64,000 nucleotides of DNA from an uncultured Polyangiales bacterium. Its GTDB lineage: Bacteria > Myxococcota_A > Polyangia > Polyangiales > JADJMO01. The translations under genes were made by a program, and so were the position numbers. How positions within the stretch are numbered: the first letter of the stretch is position 1; every line of letters begins with the position of its first letter. Shown here piece after piece: positions 53,896-62,854 of the stretch. Where the stretch lies: assembly GCA_964624885.1 (NCBI GenBank), contig CAZUZY010000004.1, positions 1,438 to 65,437 of the forward strand. Reading direction: 5' to 3'. The notes beneath the pieces were generated by a model. The model was not told the DNA's origin. It saw only the letters and a program-made list of their open reading frames with translations, and did no database searches.

Positions 53896-53948
53896 GTGCA
53901 GCTCCCTCCGGCAGCGCAGGCGCCGGTCGAGCTCGAGCGGTGCACCGG

Positions 53949-53972
53949 CCGTGCCCACCGGAGTGGGCACGG
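53949..53972. terminator. Perfect hairpin ccGTGCCCAC-cgga-GTGGGCACgg
   Basis: It has a 10-bp stem and a 4-nt loop. It lies in the 195-bp gap between the AraC/GyrI gene stop (54091) and the MCP start (53895), both on the minus strand. It could be a terminator or an operator. Confidence 0.35.
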
Positions 53973-54090
53973 GCCTTGCCGATTGAGCGGCGCTCCCCGC
54001 GATTTGCGCCAAACCGTTGACGCGGCGGCGGGCGCGGCGACAAGCGCCGAACGCCTGCGCCGCGCTCTTCCTGCCAGTTGCTGCCAGCGG

Positions 54091-55002
54091 TCAGGCGAGC
54101 GGGACGTAGAGCTCGGTGCGCAGCGCCTCGGGCGGCGTGGTGGAGGGATCGTTGCGGTAGATCTCGAAGCTGACCCCCTCCGCCAGACGGTGCCCGCTCT
54201 CGGGGAGCCACCCGCCCATCAACCGCGCCCACGCGTCGCCGAGGCCCGAGTACGGGCCGACGTGGGTCGCGCAGGCGTAGCGACCGGCGGCGATGCGCTG
54301 CTCGGCGAGTCCGGCCGGCAACGGCGCGCCTTCGGGCACCGTGATGGCCGCGTCGGAGCAGAGCTCCTCCTTGGGCTTGCCCTCGGGGTCGTCGTGGTAG
54401 ATCGCGATCATCTGCGTCGAGAGGCCGAACAGCCCGGCGGGCCCGGCGAGGGCGCCGAGCCGACCGAAGGCCTCGCCGATGCGATCGTAGGGCCCCACGT
54501 GACGGACGGTGAACACGCGTTGCTCGGACAGCTGCTTGATCTCGATGTTCATGGGCGTGCCTCCTCGGGTGAAACGGAGGGTGACGGGAGCGCCGCCCTC
54601 GCGGAAATGGACGCCGCAGCGGGCGGCGATCTCGGTGCGGGTGCGCTCGGGGCCACACGCCTCGACCGGCTTGCGGAAGCCCGATGGCGAGTCGCCGTAG
54701 GCCTGCCGGAAGGCCCGGGTGAAGGCCTCGTGGGTCTCGTAGCCGGCCTCGAACGCGATGCGGGTCACCGCCTCGTCGGTGCGGAGCAGGCGCAGCGCGG
54801 CGCGCTCCAGGCGCAGGCGCCGGTGCAGCTCGAGCGGGGTCTCGCCGACGAGGCCGCGGAAGATGCGGTGGAAGTGCAGCGGGGCGAGCGCGGCCTCCCG
54901 GGCGAGCACCTCGAGCTGCAGAGCGTCGTCGAGCCGGGCGGCGACGTGGTCGACCGCCCGCTGCACGGCGGCTTCGTAGAACGATCGGGTCTCTTCCTTC
55001 AC
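54091..55002 (-). CDS. AraC-family regulator with GyrI-like effector domain
   Basis: The ORF is 54091..55089; I prefer the GTG at 55002 (VKEETRSFY). The HTH region is LAREAALAPLHFHRIFRGLVGETP...VTRIAFEAGYETHEAFTRAFRQAYGDSP. The GyrI-like C-terminal part has IKQLSEQRVFTVRHVGPY and FEIYRNDP. Confidence 0.88.
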   Translation of the reverse strand: MKEETRSFYEAAVQRAVDHVAARLDDALQLEVLAREAALAPLHFHRIFRGLVGETPLELHRRLRLERAALRLLRTDEAVTRIAFEAGYETHEAFTRAFRQAYGDSPSGFRKPVEACGPERTRTEIAARCGVHFREGGAPVTLRFTRGGTPMNIEIKQLSEQRVFTVRHVGPYDRIGEAFGRLGALAGPAGLFGLSTQMIAIYHDDPEGKPKEELCSDAAITVPEGAPLPAGLAEQRIAAGRYACATHVGPYSGLGDAWARLMGGWLPESGHRLAEGVSFEIYRNDPSTTPPEALRTELYVPLA

Positions 55003-55133
55003 GAGACCGAGGGTAGCGACTGCGGTGGGGCCCGCTTGACGGGGATTGCGATTTTTCGCGCGAGCCGGGGGTGCGAACCGCGCTCGCAACCTTGCACGTC
55101 CGGCGGGCGCGTCTGCATGCCAGGCTCCCGCCC

Positions 55134-55523
55134 ATGTCCCGCTACCTCGTCCTCTCGACCGTGCTGACCTGGGTGATGTTGCTCACCGCGAGCCTGCTCC
55201 GCTCGCGGGGGTGGAGCCTCGCCGGTCTGCGGGTCGCGTTCGGCAACCGTGACGATCTCGCAGAGGCCACCCCGCTCGCCGCCCGCGCCGACCGCGCGGC
55301 GAAGAACATGCTCGAGAACCTGCTGCTCTTCGTGGCGGTCTCGGCGGCGGTCGCGCTGAAGGGCGCCGCCGCCCCCGCCCAGCTTTCGCTGGGGGGCGCG
55401 GTGTTCTTCTTCGCCCGGGTGGCCTATTTCGTCGTCTACCTCGCGGGCGTGCGGTACCTCCGCACCCTGATCTGGGCCGTGGGGCTGGTCGGCGTGGGGA
55501 TCGTCGGCGCGGCGGCGCTCTAG
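55134..55523 (+). CDS. MAPEG-family membrane protein
   Basis: The ORF is 55071..55523; I prefer the ATG at 55134 (MSRYLVLSTVLTWVMLLTASLL). It has RADRAAKNMLENLLLFVAV and ARVAYFVVYLAG, with four hydrophobic helices. It is divergent from the AraC/GyrI gene. Confidence 0.75.
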   Translation: MSRYLVLSTVLTWVMLLTASLLRSRGWSLAGLRVAFGNRDDLAEATPLAARADRAAKNMLENLLLFVAVSAAVALKGAAAPAQLSLGGAVFFFARVAYFVVYLAGVRYLRTLIWAVGLVGVGIVGAAAL

Positions 55524-57160
55524 ACGTCGATCGCGGACACCGAGCCGACGCGGGCGCGGAGCTCGAACTTCTGGATCTTGCCCGTGGCCGTGCGCGGCAG
55601 CTCGCCGAACACCACGGCCCGCGGCACCTTGAAGTGGGCGAGGTGCTGGCGACAGTGGGCGACGATCTCCTCGACGGTCGCCGTGGCACCGGCCCGCAGC
55701 TCGAGGAACGCACACGGGGTCTCGCCCCAGCGCGGGTCGGGCTTGGCCACGACAGCGGCCGCGAGGATCGCGGGGTGGCGGTAGAGCACGTCCTCGACCT
55801 CGAGGCTCGAGATGTTCTCGCCGCCCGAGATGATGATGTCCTTGCTCCGGTCCTTGATCTTCACGTAGCCGTCGGGGCCGAGGACACCGAGATCGCCGCT
55901 GTGGAACCACCCCCCGGCGAACGCCTGCTCGGTGGCCGTCGGGTTCTTGAGATAGCCCTTCATGGCGATGTTCCCGCGGAACATCACCTCGCCCATCGTC
56001 TCGCCGTCGGCCGCCACCTCGCGCATGGTGTCGGGGTCGAGGACGCTGATCGCCTCCTGCAGGTGGTAGCGGACCCCTTGTCGAGCGTTGAGCCGCGCGC
56101 GCTCGCCGACGGGGAGCTCGCGCCAGTCGGGGTGCTTCTCGCACACCGCGGCGGGGCCGTAGGTCTCGGTGAGGCCGTAGACGTGGGTCAGATCGAAGCC
56201 CAGCGTCTCCATGGCCTCGATCATGGCGGCCGGCGGCGCGGCGCCGGCGACCATCGCGTGCACGCGGTGGGTGATGCCCGCGCGCAGCTCGGCGGGTGCG
56301 TTGATCAAGGTGGCGTGCACGATCGGCGCGCCGCAGTAGTGGGTGACGCGGTGCTCGCGGATGGCGTCGAAGATCGCCTTGGGCTCCACCTTGCGGAGAC
56401 ACACGTTGACGCCGGCGCGCGCCGCCACCGTCCAGGGGAAGCACCACCCGTTGCAGTGGAACATGGGCAGGGTCCACAGGTAGACCGCGTGCTTCTCCAT
56501 GTCCCACTCGAGCGCGTTGGAGATGGCGTTCAGGTACGCGCCGCGGTGGTGGTAGACCACGCCCTTCGGGTTGCCGGTGGTGCCCGAGGTGTAGTTCAGG
56601 CAGATGGCGTCCCACTCGTCGGCGGGGCCCTCGGAGACGAACGCCGGATCGCCCTCGGCGAGGAGCGCCTCGTACTCGAGGGTGCCGATGCGGTGGCCGG
56701 GCCCCGTGTACTCGGGGTCGTCCACGTCGATCACGAGGAGCTCACGACCCGCCATGGCGACGGCGCGCTCGACGACCGGGGCGAGCTCGCGGTCGACCAG
56801 CAACACCTTGGCCTCGCCGTGGGCGAGCGTGAAGGCGATGCTCTCGGCGTCGAGGCGCGTGTTGAGCGCGTTGAGCACGGCGCCGCTCATCGGCACCCCG
56901 AAGTGCAGCTCGACCATGGCCGGGACGTTGGGGAGCATCGCCGCCACCGTGTCACCGCGGCCGATGCCTCGGGCGCGGAGCGCGCTCGCGAGGCGGCGAC
57001 ACCGCTGGTCGACCTCCCGCCAGCTGCGGCGCAACGGACCGTGCACGACGGCGAGGCGATCGGGGTGGACAATGGCGGCGCGGGTGAGGAACGACACCGG
57101 CGTCAGCGGGACGTAGTTGGCGGCGCGCTTCTCGAGGCCGTGGTCGTAGGGGGAGGTCAT
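55520..57160 (-). CDS. Acyl-CoA synthetase (AMP-forming, medium-chain type)
   Basis: This is the C-terminal part of ORF 55520..57892, starting at the in-frame ATG at 57160 (MTSPYDHGLEKRAANYVPLTP). The AMP-binding motifs are LNYTSGTTGNPKGV, YGLTETYG, GWFHSGDLG, KDRSKDIIISGGENI and TATGKIQKFELR. Confidence 0.92.
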   Translation of the reverse strand: MTSPYDHGLEKRAANYVPLTPVSFLTRAAIVHPDRLAVVHGPLRRSWREVDQRCRRLASALRARGIGRGDTVAAMLPNVPAMVELHFGVPMSGAVLNALNTRLDAESIAFTLAHGEAKVLLVDRELAPVVERAVAMAGRELLVIDVDDPEYTGPGHRIGTLEYEALLAEGDPAFVSEGPADEWDAICLNYTSGTTGNPKGVVYHHRGAYLNAISNALEWDMEKHAVYLWTLPMFHCNGWCFPWTVAARAGVNVCLRKVEPKAIFDAIREHRVTHYCGAPIVHATLINAPAELRAGITHRVHAMVAGAAPPAAMIEAMETLGFDLTHVYGLTETYGPAAVCEKHPDWRELPVGERARLNARQGVRYHLQEAISVLDPDTMREVAADGETMGEVMFRGNIAMKGYLKNPTATEQAFAGGWFHSGDLGVLGPDGYVKIKDRSKDIIISGGENISSLEVEDVLYRHPAILAAAVVAKPDPRWGETPCAFLELRAGATATVEEIVAHCRQHLAHFKVPRAVVFGELPRTATGKIQKFELRARVGSVSAIDV

Positions 57161-57262
57161 GGGAGGCTCGTCCGCGGGTTCGGGGTGCGATCGATGGGAA
57201 CCTGCGCCGCCGAGCGCCGCAACTGCTAGAAGCTCCCCGTACCCCGACAAGGACGAGATCCC

Positions 57263-57862
57263 ATGGCAATCTGGCTGGAAGACGACGACGACAAGAAGCC
57301 GGAGATCGAAGCGAAGCCCTCGGAGGCGATGGAAGAGCGCCTCTTCAAGTCGCGCTCGGTGTTCGTGTTCGGCTCCATCGACATGAAGCTCGCGCAGCGC
57401 GTCACCGCGCAGCTGATCGCCCTCGCGACCGAGAGCGAGTCGAAGGAGATCCGCGTGTTCGTGAACTCGCCCGGCGGCCACGTGGAGTCGGGGGACACCA
57501 TCCACGACATGATCCGCTTCGTGCCGTGCCCGGTGAAGATCATCGGCACCGGCTGGGTGGGGAGCGCCGCGGCGCACATCTACCTCTCGGCCCCCAAGGA
57601 GCGGCGGCTCTGCCTGCCGAACACGCGGTTCCTTCTCCACCAGCCGAGCGGTGGCGCGGGCGGTCAGGCCACGGACATCGCCATCCAGGTCGAGCAGATC
57701 CTCAAGGCCAAGCGCCGCATCCAGAAGGCCATCGCCGACGCGACCGGGCAGACCCTCGACAAGGTGATCGCCGACACCGAGCGCGACTACTGGATGAGCG
57801 CGGAAGAGGCCAAGGAGTACGGCGTGGTCTCGCGCATCATCAAGACGCAGTCCGAGATCTGA
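57263..57862 (+). CDS. clpP: ATP-dependent Clp protease proteolytic subunit paralogue
   Basis: 199 aa. ClpP-family motifs are present: [36 protein letters not shown] (Ser), [18 protein letters not shown] (His) and [17 protein letters not shown] (Asp). It has an unusual acidic N-terminal extension, [18 protein letters not shown]. Confidence 0.88.
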   Translation: MAIWLEDDDDKKPEIEAKPSEAMEERLFKSRSVFVFGSIDMKLAQRVTAQLIALATESESKEIRVFVNSPGGHVESGDTIHDMIRFVPCPVKIIGTGWVGSAAAHIYLSAPKERRLCLPNTRFLLHQPSGGAGGQATDIAIQVEQILKAKRRIQKAIADATGQTLDKVIADTERDYWMSAEEAKEYGVVSRIIKTQSEI

Positions 57863-57930
57863 GCTCGAGGGGCGCAGGCGACCGGTCGTCATGGCTCAAG
57901 AGGCACGCGGGGCCGTCCGTTCACCCCGAC

Positions 57931-58449
57931 GTGGAGAAGAGCGACTGGGACTGCCTGCACCAGCTGGTGGCCGACTGCGCCCTCGCGCTGTTCGAGGGCG
58001 TGGAGGTCCCGCTCGAGTACCGGGGGCTCGTGCCGGGCAGCACCACCGCGACCACCATCGCGGTGCTCGGGTTCGCCGGGGAGCACCTCCGCGGAGCTGT
58101 CGTGCTCGAGGCGCCCGAGACCGTCCTCACGCGGTCTCTGCCGTGTGGCGAGCCGACCAGCGAAGCGCTGCTCGACTGGGCGGGTGAGCTCGCCAACCAG
58201 CTGTGCGGGCGGATCAAGAACCGCCTGCTCACGCACGGGGTCGTCATCCAGCTCGCAACGCCGACCGTCATCAGCGGGCAGGTCACCACGGTCACCGCGG
58301 AGCCGACCGCGAAGGCGGCCCACCAGTTCCAGACCGCGCGCGACGAGGCGATCGCCGTCCGCTTCAGCGCCCTGCCGAGCCCGGAGCTCGTGTTCCTGCC
58401 CGTGGTGGAGTCCAACGCCGCGGACGAGGGCGACTGCCTGCTGTTCTGA
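57931..58449 (+). CDS. CheX-like (chemotaxis phosphatase fold) protein
   Basis: The in-frame GTG at 57931 lies within ORF 57526..58449; no ATG is available in frame. IAVLGFAGEHLRGAVVLE...LLDWAGELANQLCGRIKNRLLTHGVVIQLATPTVISG parallels the CheX core (...GELGN...G...TPPTVV.G) as I remember it, including the E..N pair. Confidence 0.6.
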   Translation: MEKSDWDCLHQLVADCALALFEGVEVPLEYRGLVPGSTTATTIAVLGFAGEHLRGAVVLEAPETVLTRSLPCGEPTSEALLDWAGELANQLCGRIKNRLLTHGVVIQLATPTVISGQVTTVTAEPTAKAAHQFQTARDEAIAVRFSALPSPELVFLPVVESNAADEGDCLLF

Positions 58450-58451
58450 CC

Positions 58452-59381
58452 TCAGGGGACCCGCACCGACGAGGTGCCGTCGAGGTCGGGCTCGACGAAG
58501 ATCCAGCGGGCCTGCGGGATCTCCGCGCGCAGGCGGGCCTCGAAGTCGTTGATGATGCGCGACACCGCCCGGGCCTCGAGCTCCGCGCGACAGGAGATCT
58601 TGAGGGCCACGAGCACCTCACCCGGCCCCTGCTGCACCGTGATCACCTCGCGCACGTCGTCCACCCGAGGGTCCTCCACGGCGAGGCGCTCGACGACCGC
58701 CCGGATGCGGGGATCGGCGCTCTCGCCGATGAGCAGTGACTTCACCTCCATGGTGAGGAAGATCGCGACGCCGATGAGCACCACGCCGACCAGGATGGAG
58801 CCGAGGGCGTCGAACCGCCCGTCGCCGGTCTTCCACGAGGCGAAGAACGCGAAGAACGCGAGGACGGTGCCGATGAGCGCGGCCGCGTTCTCGCCGAACA
58901 CCACGATGAGATCGCTCTCCTTGGAGCCGACGACGAAGGCGAAGAACCCCTGCTCGCCCTTGAGCGCGCGGATCTGTCGCACGTTGGCCCCGGTCACCAG
59001 GATCTCGAGGACGAGGGAGAAGCCGAAGATGGTGAAGCCGACCCAGGCGTGCTCGATCGGCGCCGGGGCGGCGAGCTTGTGCACGCCCTCGTAGATCGAG
59101 AACAAGCCGCCCGCGGAGAACAGGAGCAGGGCGACCAGGAACGACCAGAAATACAGCTCTCGCCCATAGCCGAGCGGGTGGGTGGTGTCGGGCGGCCGGC
59201 GCGCGGCGCGGACGCCGATCAGCAGGAGCACCTGGTTGAGCGAGTCGGTGGTCGTGTGCAGGGCCTCCGCGAGCAGCGCGCCCGACCCGGTGTAGAACGC
59301 GGCCGCGAGCTTCACCGCGGCGAGGGCCAGGTTGGACAGCAGCGACTGCAGGATGTGCGACGTGTCGTGGGCCTGGCTCAC
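58452..59381 (-). CDS. Cation diffusion facilitator (CDF) family transporter
   Basis: 309 aa with six TM helices. AAFYTGSGALLAEALHTTTDSLNQ and HPLGYGRELYFWS are typical CDF motifs. A C-terminal cytoplasmic domain follows (VREVITVQQGPGEVLVALKI). Confidence 0.9.
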   Translation of the reverse strand: MSQAHDTSHILQSLLSNLALAAVKLAAAFYTGSGALLAEALHTTTDSLNQVLLLIGVRAARRPPDTTHPLGYGRELYFWSFLVALLLFSAGGLFSIYEGVHKLAAPAPIEHAWVGFTIFGFSLVLEILVTGANVRQIRALKGEQGFFAFVVGSKESDLIVVFGENAAALIGTVLAFFAFFASWKTGDGRFDALGSILVGVVLIGVAIFLTMEVKSLLIGESADPRIRAVVERLAVEDPRVDDVREVITVQQGPGEVLVALKISCRAELEARAVSRIINDFEARLRAEIPQARWIFVEPDLDGTSSVRVP

Positions 59382-59571
59382 CGCGCGAGACTACCCGGGG
59401 CGTCCGCCGGGCAGGAGCCACGCACCACCCCTCCGACGAGCTCTGCGACATTCCCTGATCGAGAACAGGGTGGCGCGATGTGTTCGCGCTCGCGCACGGC
59501 TTGCTCACGCGTCGTCGGCGACGCGCCCGGGGCCTCGACGAAGCCTCGACGAACATCGACGGCGATTGTCG

Positions 59572-60807
59572 ATGGCACCACTGAAGGCACCTGCCCACAC
59601 GCAGCCGATTCGTCGCCTGCGCGACCTCTGCGTCGACGAATTGCCCAGCGCGAGCGAGGCCAGGAGCCAATCTTCGAATGGCTCGGCCATTGCTTCGCGG
59701 ACCGACGTGCCTTTGTCCGCGAAGAAGCCCGCCGCTGCGTCCGCCCGGCGGCTGCGCGTCGATGGCGGCCGAGACTCCCGATCCACGCGGATCCTGGAGG
59801 TGGTGCAGGCCGGTGTGATCGCGCTGGACGGGGCCGGGTTCGTGCTCGAGTGCAACCCCTTCGCGTGCGCGATCCTCGGCGTCGACGTGGGCGACGTGCT
59901 GGGGCTCCCGATCGAGCAGTGCATCGCCTCGGTGGCGGAGCTCCGTCGCCGGACCGGCAAGGACGGTCGCGGTGAGATCGCGTACACGCGCCCCGACGGC
60001 CGCACGCTGACGCTCGGCTTCGGCTTCTCCGAGCTCGAGGCCTTGCCCGACGCGGTCGGCCTGGTGCTCCTGTTCCAGGACGTGTCGGCGCTGGCGGGGC
60101 TCCGTCGCGAGCGCGATCGCTTGCTGCAGATGGCCGCGGTGGGCGAGGTGCTCCCCGCCATGCTGCACGAGCTGCGCAACCCGCTCGCCGCCGTGATGAC
60201 CATGCTCGAGCTCCTCGTGGAGGAGGCCTCGGGACACCTGCAACACGACCTGCACACGGTGCTCGCCGAGGTGCGGCGACTGATCCTCAGCCTCCAGGGC
60301 ATCGGCGGCTTCCGCGGCGAGATCGCGAGCGCCCACCACCAGGCCATCGACGAAGCCATCGAGGAAGCGGTCGAGATCCTGCAGCCCACGGCGGCGCGAC
60401 GCTCGCTCACGCTGACCGCAGCGGTCGAGACGATGCCGCTCTTGCCGCTCGCCCGTGAAGCCATCAAGGGCGTGGTGTTCAACCTCGTCCGCAACGCGAT
60501 CGACGCCTGTGGCCCCGGTCAGAGCGTCGAGGTCCGCGCGCGGCTCACCCGGGAGGGCTGGCTCGAGCTCGTGGTGATCGACACCGGCAAGGGCATGGAA
60601 GAAGAGGTGCTCCAGCACTGCACCGAGCTGTTCTTCACCGACAAGGAGAGCGGCTCCGGCATCGGCCTCGCGATCTGTCGTCAGGTGGCCGAACGGGCGC
60701 ACGGCGAGCTCTCGATCGTCAGCGCGAAAGGAACTGGGACCACGGTCACGTTGCGCGTGCCTGCCCGCACGCGAGGAGGCACGACATGTCACGAGTCGAC
60801 AGTCTGA
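59572..60807 (+). CDS. PAS-domain sensor histidine kinase (first gene of the Roadblock operon)
   Basis: The ORF is 59332..60807; I prefer the ATG at 59572, since upstream codons overlap the divergent CDF gene. The PAS region is ILEVVQAGVIALDGAGFVLECNPFACAILG. The H-box is AMLHELRNPLAAV, the N-box is LVRNAIDA, and the G-boxes are DTGKGM and GSGIGLAIC. Confidence 0.85.
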   Translation: MAPLKAPAHTQPIRRLRDLCVDELPSASEARSQSSNGSAIASRTDVPLSAKKPAAASARRLRVDGGRDSRSTRILEVVQAGVIALDGAGFVLECNPFACAILGVDVGDVLGLPIEQCIASVAELRRRTGKDGRGEIAYTRPDGRTLTLGFGFSELEALPDAVGLVLLFQDVSALAGLRRERDRLLQMAAVGEVLPAMLHELRNPLAAVMTMLELLVEEASGHLQHDLHTVLAEVRRLILSLQGIGGFRGEIASAHHQAIDEAIEEAVEILQPTAARRSLTLTAAVETMPLLPLAREAIKGVVFNLVRNAIDACGPGQSVEVRARLTREGWLELVVIDTGKGMEEEVLQHCTELFFTDKESGSGIGLAICRQVAERAHGELSIVSAKGTGTTVTLRVPARTRGGTTCHESTV

Positions 60808-61151
60808 ACCGGATCTTGCGCGCGCTGCAGAGCTCGTCGCCGGACGTGGAGGCCTGCGCCCTCATCTCCGAGGACGGCCTCATGATCGCGAGCGCGCTGC
60901 CCCAACACGTCGACGAGTCACGCATCGCCGGCATGAGCGCCACGCTCTCGAGCCTCGGCGCGCGCGCCGCGAGCGAGCTCGAGCGCGGAGAGGTGCAGGA
61001 GGTCCTGGTGCGGGGCACCGAGGGCTACGCCGCGATGATGAGCTCAGGCCACGGCACCCTCTTGCTCGGGCTCGCCAGCAAACAGGCCAAGCTGGGCCTG
61101 CTGTTCCTCGACATGCGTCGAGCCATCGAAGACCTACGCAAGGTTCTGTGA
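60786..61151 (+). CDS. Roadblock/LC7 (MglB-like) domain protein
   Basis: 121 aa. The typical pattern is present: VEACALISEDGLMIASALP...ESRIAGMSATLSSLGARAASELERGEVQEVLVRGTEGYAAMM. It overlaps the kinase 3' end by 22 nt. Confidence 0.88.
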   Translation: MSRVDSLNRILRALQSSSPDVEACALISEDGLMIASALPQHVDESRIAGMSATLSSLGARAASELERGEVQEVLVRGTEGYAAMMSSGHGTLLLGLASKQAKLGLLFLDMRRAIEDLRKVL

Positions 61152-61161
61152 GAGGATCATC

Positions 61162-61923
61162 ATGTCCAACGCGACCAATGTCACGCTGTTCGAGGGCCCC
61201 GGCCACAAGAACATCCTCCTCGAGGACTTCAACAAGGGCGGTCTCGCCGTCCAGGCGAACCAGCACATCGTCATCCACAACAAGGCCGGCATGATCCTCG
61301 ATCCGGGAGGGCACAAGGTCTACTCGAAGGTCCTCTCGGCGACCCTGCAGCAGCTGGGCAGCGCCAAGCTGCAGTACCTGTTCCTCTCGCACCAGGATCC
61401 GGACATCGTCGCGGCCACCAATGGCTGGCTGATGACCACCGACGCGACGGCCTACTGCTCGGCCCTGTGGACCCGCTTCGTGCCGCACTTCGGTCTGGAT
61501 CGACTGGTCGAGACGCGTCTCCTGCCGATCCCGGACGAGGGTATGAAGATCGACCTGGATGGGTGCCTCCTCGAGATCATCCCGGCCCATTTCCTTCATT
61601 CACCTGGCAACTTCCAGGTCTACGATCCGGTCAGCAAGGTGCTCTACACCGGCGATCTCGGCGCCTCGCTCGGCGCGCCGGGCTGGGAGGTGACCGACTT
61701 CGAGGCGCATCGCGCCTACATGGACGGGTTCCACGCCCGGTACATGGCGGGCAACGCGGCCATGCGCGCGTGGGTGAAGCGCGCGAGCAAGCTGGACATC
61801 GAGACCTTGGCGCCGCAGCACGGCAGCGTGTTCAAGGGCAAGGACATGGTCGAGAAGTTCTTCCGCTGGGCCGAGACGTTCCAGTGCGGCCTGGACCTGA
61901 TCGACAGGTTCTACGGAGGCTGA
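61162..61923 (+). CDS. Stand-alone metallo-beta-lactamase-fold domain of the flavodiiron / oxygen-binding di-iron (ODP) type
   Basis: 253 aa. NQHIVIHNKAGMILDPGG, YLFLSHQDPDIVAA, IPAHFLHSPGNFQVYDPVSKVLYTGDLGAS and LAPQHGSVFKG line up with the diiron MBL domain of flavodiiron proteins (from memory). There is no flavodoxin domain. Confidence 0.75.
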   Translation: MSNATNVTLFEGPGHKNILLEDFNKGGLAVQANQHIVIHNKAGMILDPGGHKVYSKVLSATLQQLGSAKLQYLFLSHQDPDIVAATNGWLMTTDATAYCSALWTRFVPHFGLDRLVETRLLPIPDEGMKIDLDGCLLEIIPAHFLHSPGNFQVYDPVSKVLYTGDLGASLGAPGWEVTDFEAHRAYMDGFHARYMAGNAAMRAWVKRASKLDIETLAPQHGSVFKGKDMVEKFFRWAETFQCGLDLIDRFYGG

Positions 61924-61924
61924 G

Positions 61925-62854
61925 ATGCCCACCCTCTTGGTGGTCGAGGACGAGCCCGTGCTTCGCGCGTCGGTGGTGCGCGGGCTCAGCAAGCTCGCGG
62001 GCGTGGACATCGTCGACGCCGGCACCAAGGCCGAGGCGCGCAAGCTCATCGCCGCCATGCCACCGAGCATGCTCATCTCGGACCTCGATCTCCCCGACGG
62101 CTCGGGGGTCGAGCTCCTCGTCGATCTCGAGCGGCGGGGGCTGCGGATCCCCATCGTCTTCGCCTCGGGTTTCCTCCGGCGCTTCGAGATCCCCGCGCGC
62201 GAGGACATCATCCTGCTCGAGAAGCCGGTCACCCTCGCCACGCTGCGCAAGCTGGTGACCGAACACCTGGGCGGCCGCTCGGAGCACACCTCCCCCTTCG
62301 GACTGGCCGACTACGTGCAGCTCGCGGGCCTCGGACGCCGCTCGGTCCACCTCGTCGTGAGCCGGGAGGGCGTGCAGGTGGGTGAGGTCGTGATCCGGGA
62401 CGGAGAGGCGTGGCATGCCCACGACGCCAAGGGCGACGGACCCGTCGCGTTCCGCCGCCTCGTGACGGCGCGGGACGTGACGGTGGAAGCGACGCACCCG
62501 ACCCCGACCGCTCGCACGCTGTCGGGCTCCTGCGAGCAGCTCCTGCTCGAGACAATGCGCCTCGAAGACGAGCAGAGCCGCGACGAGGAGGCGGCCGATC
62601 TGGCGTGGGACGATCTCGCGACCCGTCGACGCTCCTCGCTGCCGCCGGCGGCGCCGGCTCGCCCCTCCGAGCCACGGACGGCGGCCTCGGTGCAGCGGTC
62701 GTTCGAGGAGCTCTACGAGCGCGGTGTCGAGGCCCTCCTCGACAAGCGCTACGACGACGCGTTCACCGCGTTCAGCGCGGCCGCGGAGCTCCACCACACG
62801 CCGAGCCTCGACGTGAACCTGAGCCGGCTGCGCTCGATGGGATACGGTCGATGA
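61925..62854 (+). CDS. Response regulator receiver fused to a DUF4388 (PATAN-like) domain
   Basis: 309 aa. The receiver is LLVVEDEPVLR...MLISDLDLPDGSG...EKPV. Next comes FGLADYVQLAGLGRRSVHLVVSREG..VGEVVIRDGEAWHAHDAKG.GPVAFRRLV, which resembles DUF4388. The tail is TPR-like. Confidence 0.8.
   Translation: MPTLLVVEDEPVLRASVVRGLSKLAGVDIVDAGTKAEARKLIAAMPPSMLISDLDLPDGSGVELLVDLERRGLRIPIVFASGFLRRFEIPAREDIILLEKPVTLATLRKLVTEHLGGRSEHTSPFGLADYVQLAGLGRRSVHLVVSREGVQVGEVVIRDGEAWHAHDAKGDGPVAFRRLVTARDVTVEATHPTPTARTLSGSCEQLLLETMRLEDEQSRDEEAADLAWDDLATRRRSSLPPAAPARPSEPRTAASVQRSFEELYERGVEALLDKRYDDAFTAFSAAAELHHTPSLDVNLSRLRSMGYGR

Noticed and set aside
53995-54015. Possible second sigma54 promoter upstream of the MCP gene (minus strand TTGGCGCAAATCGCG), and TGGCACGCGGG at about 6297 inside the integrase gene
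   Set aside because: The GG-to-GC spacing is 8 nt rather than 10 in the first case. In the second there is no GC at the -12 position, and the site is intragenic.
47680-55167. 2495-aa ORF on the plus strand, the longest in the track
   Set aside because: It runs through seven independently well-supported genes on both strands: hybrid HK, DUF4139 lipoprotein, MCP, AraC/GyrI and others. Its translation is Arg/Gly/Ala/Pro-rich with no domain motifs. This is the expected stop-poor alternative frame in 70+ percent GC DNA.
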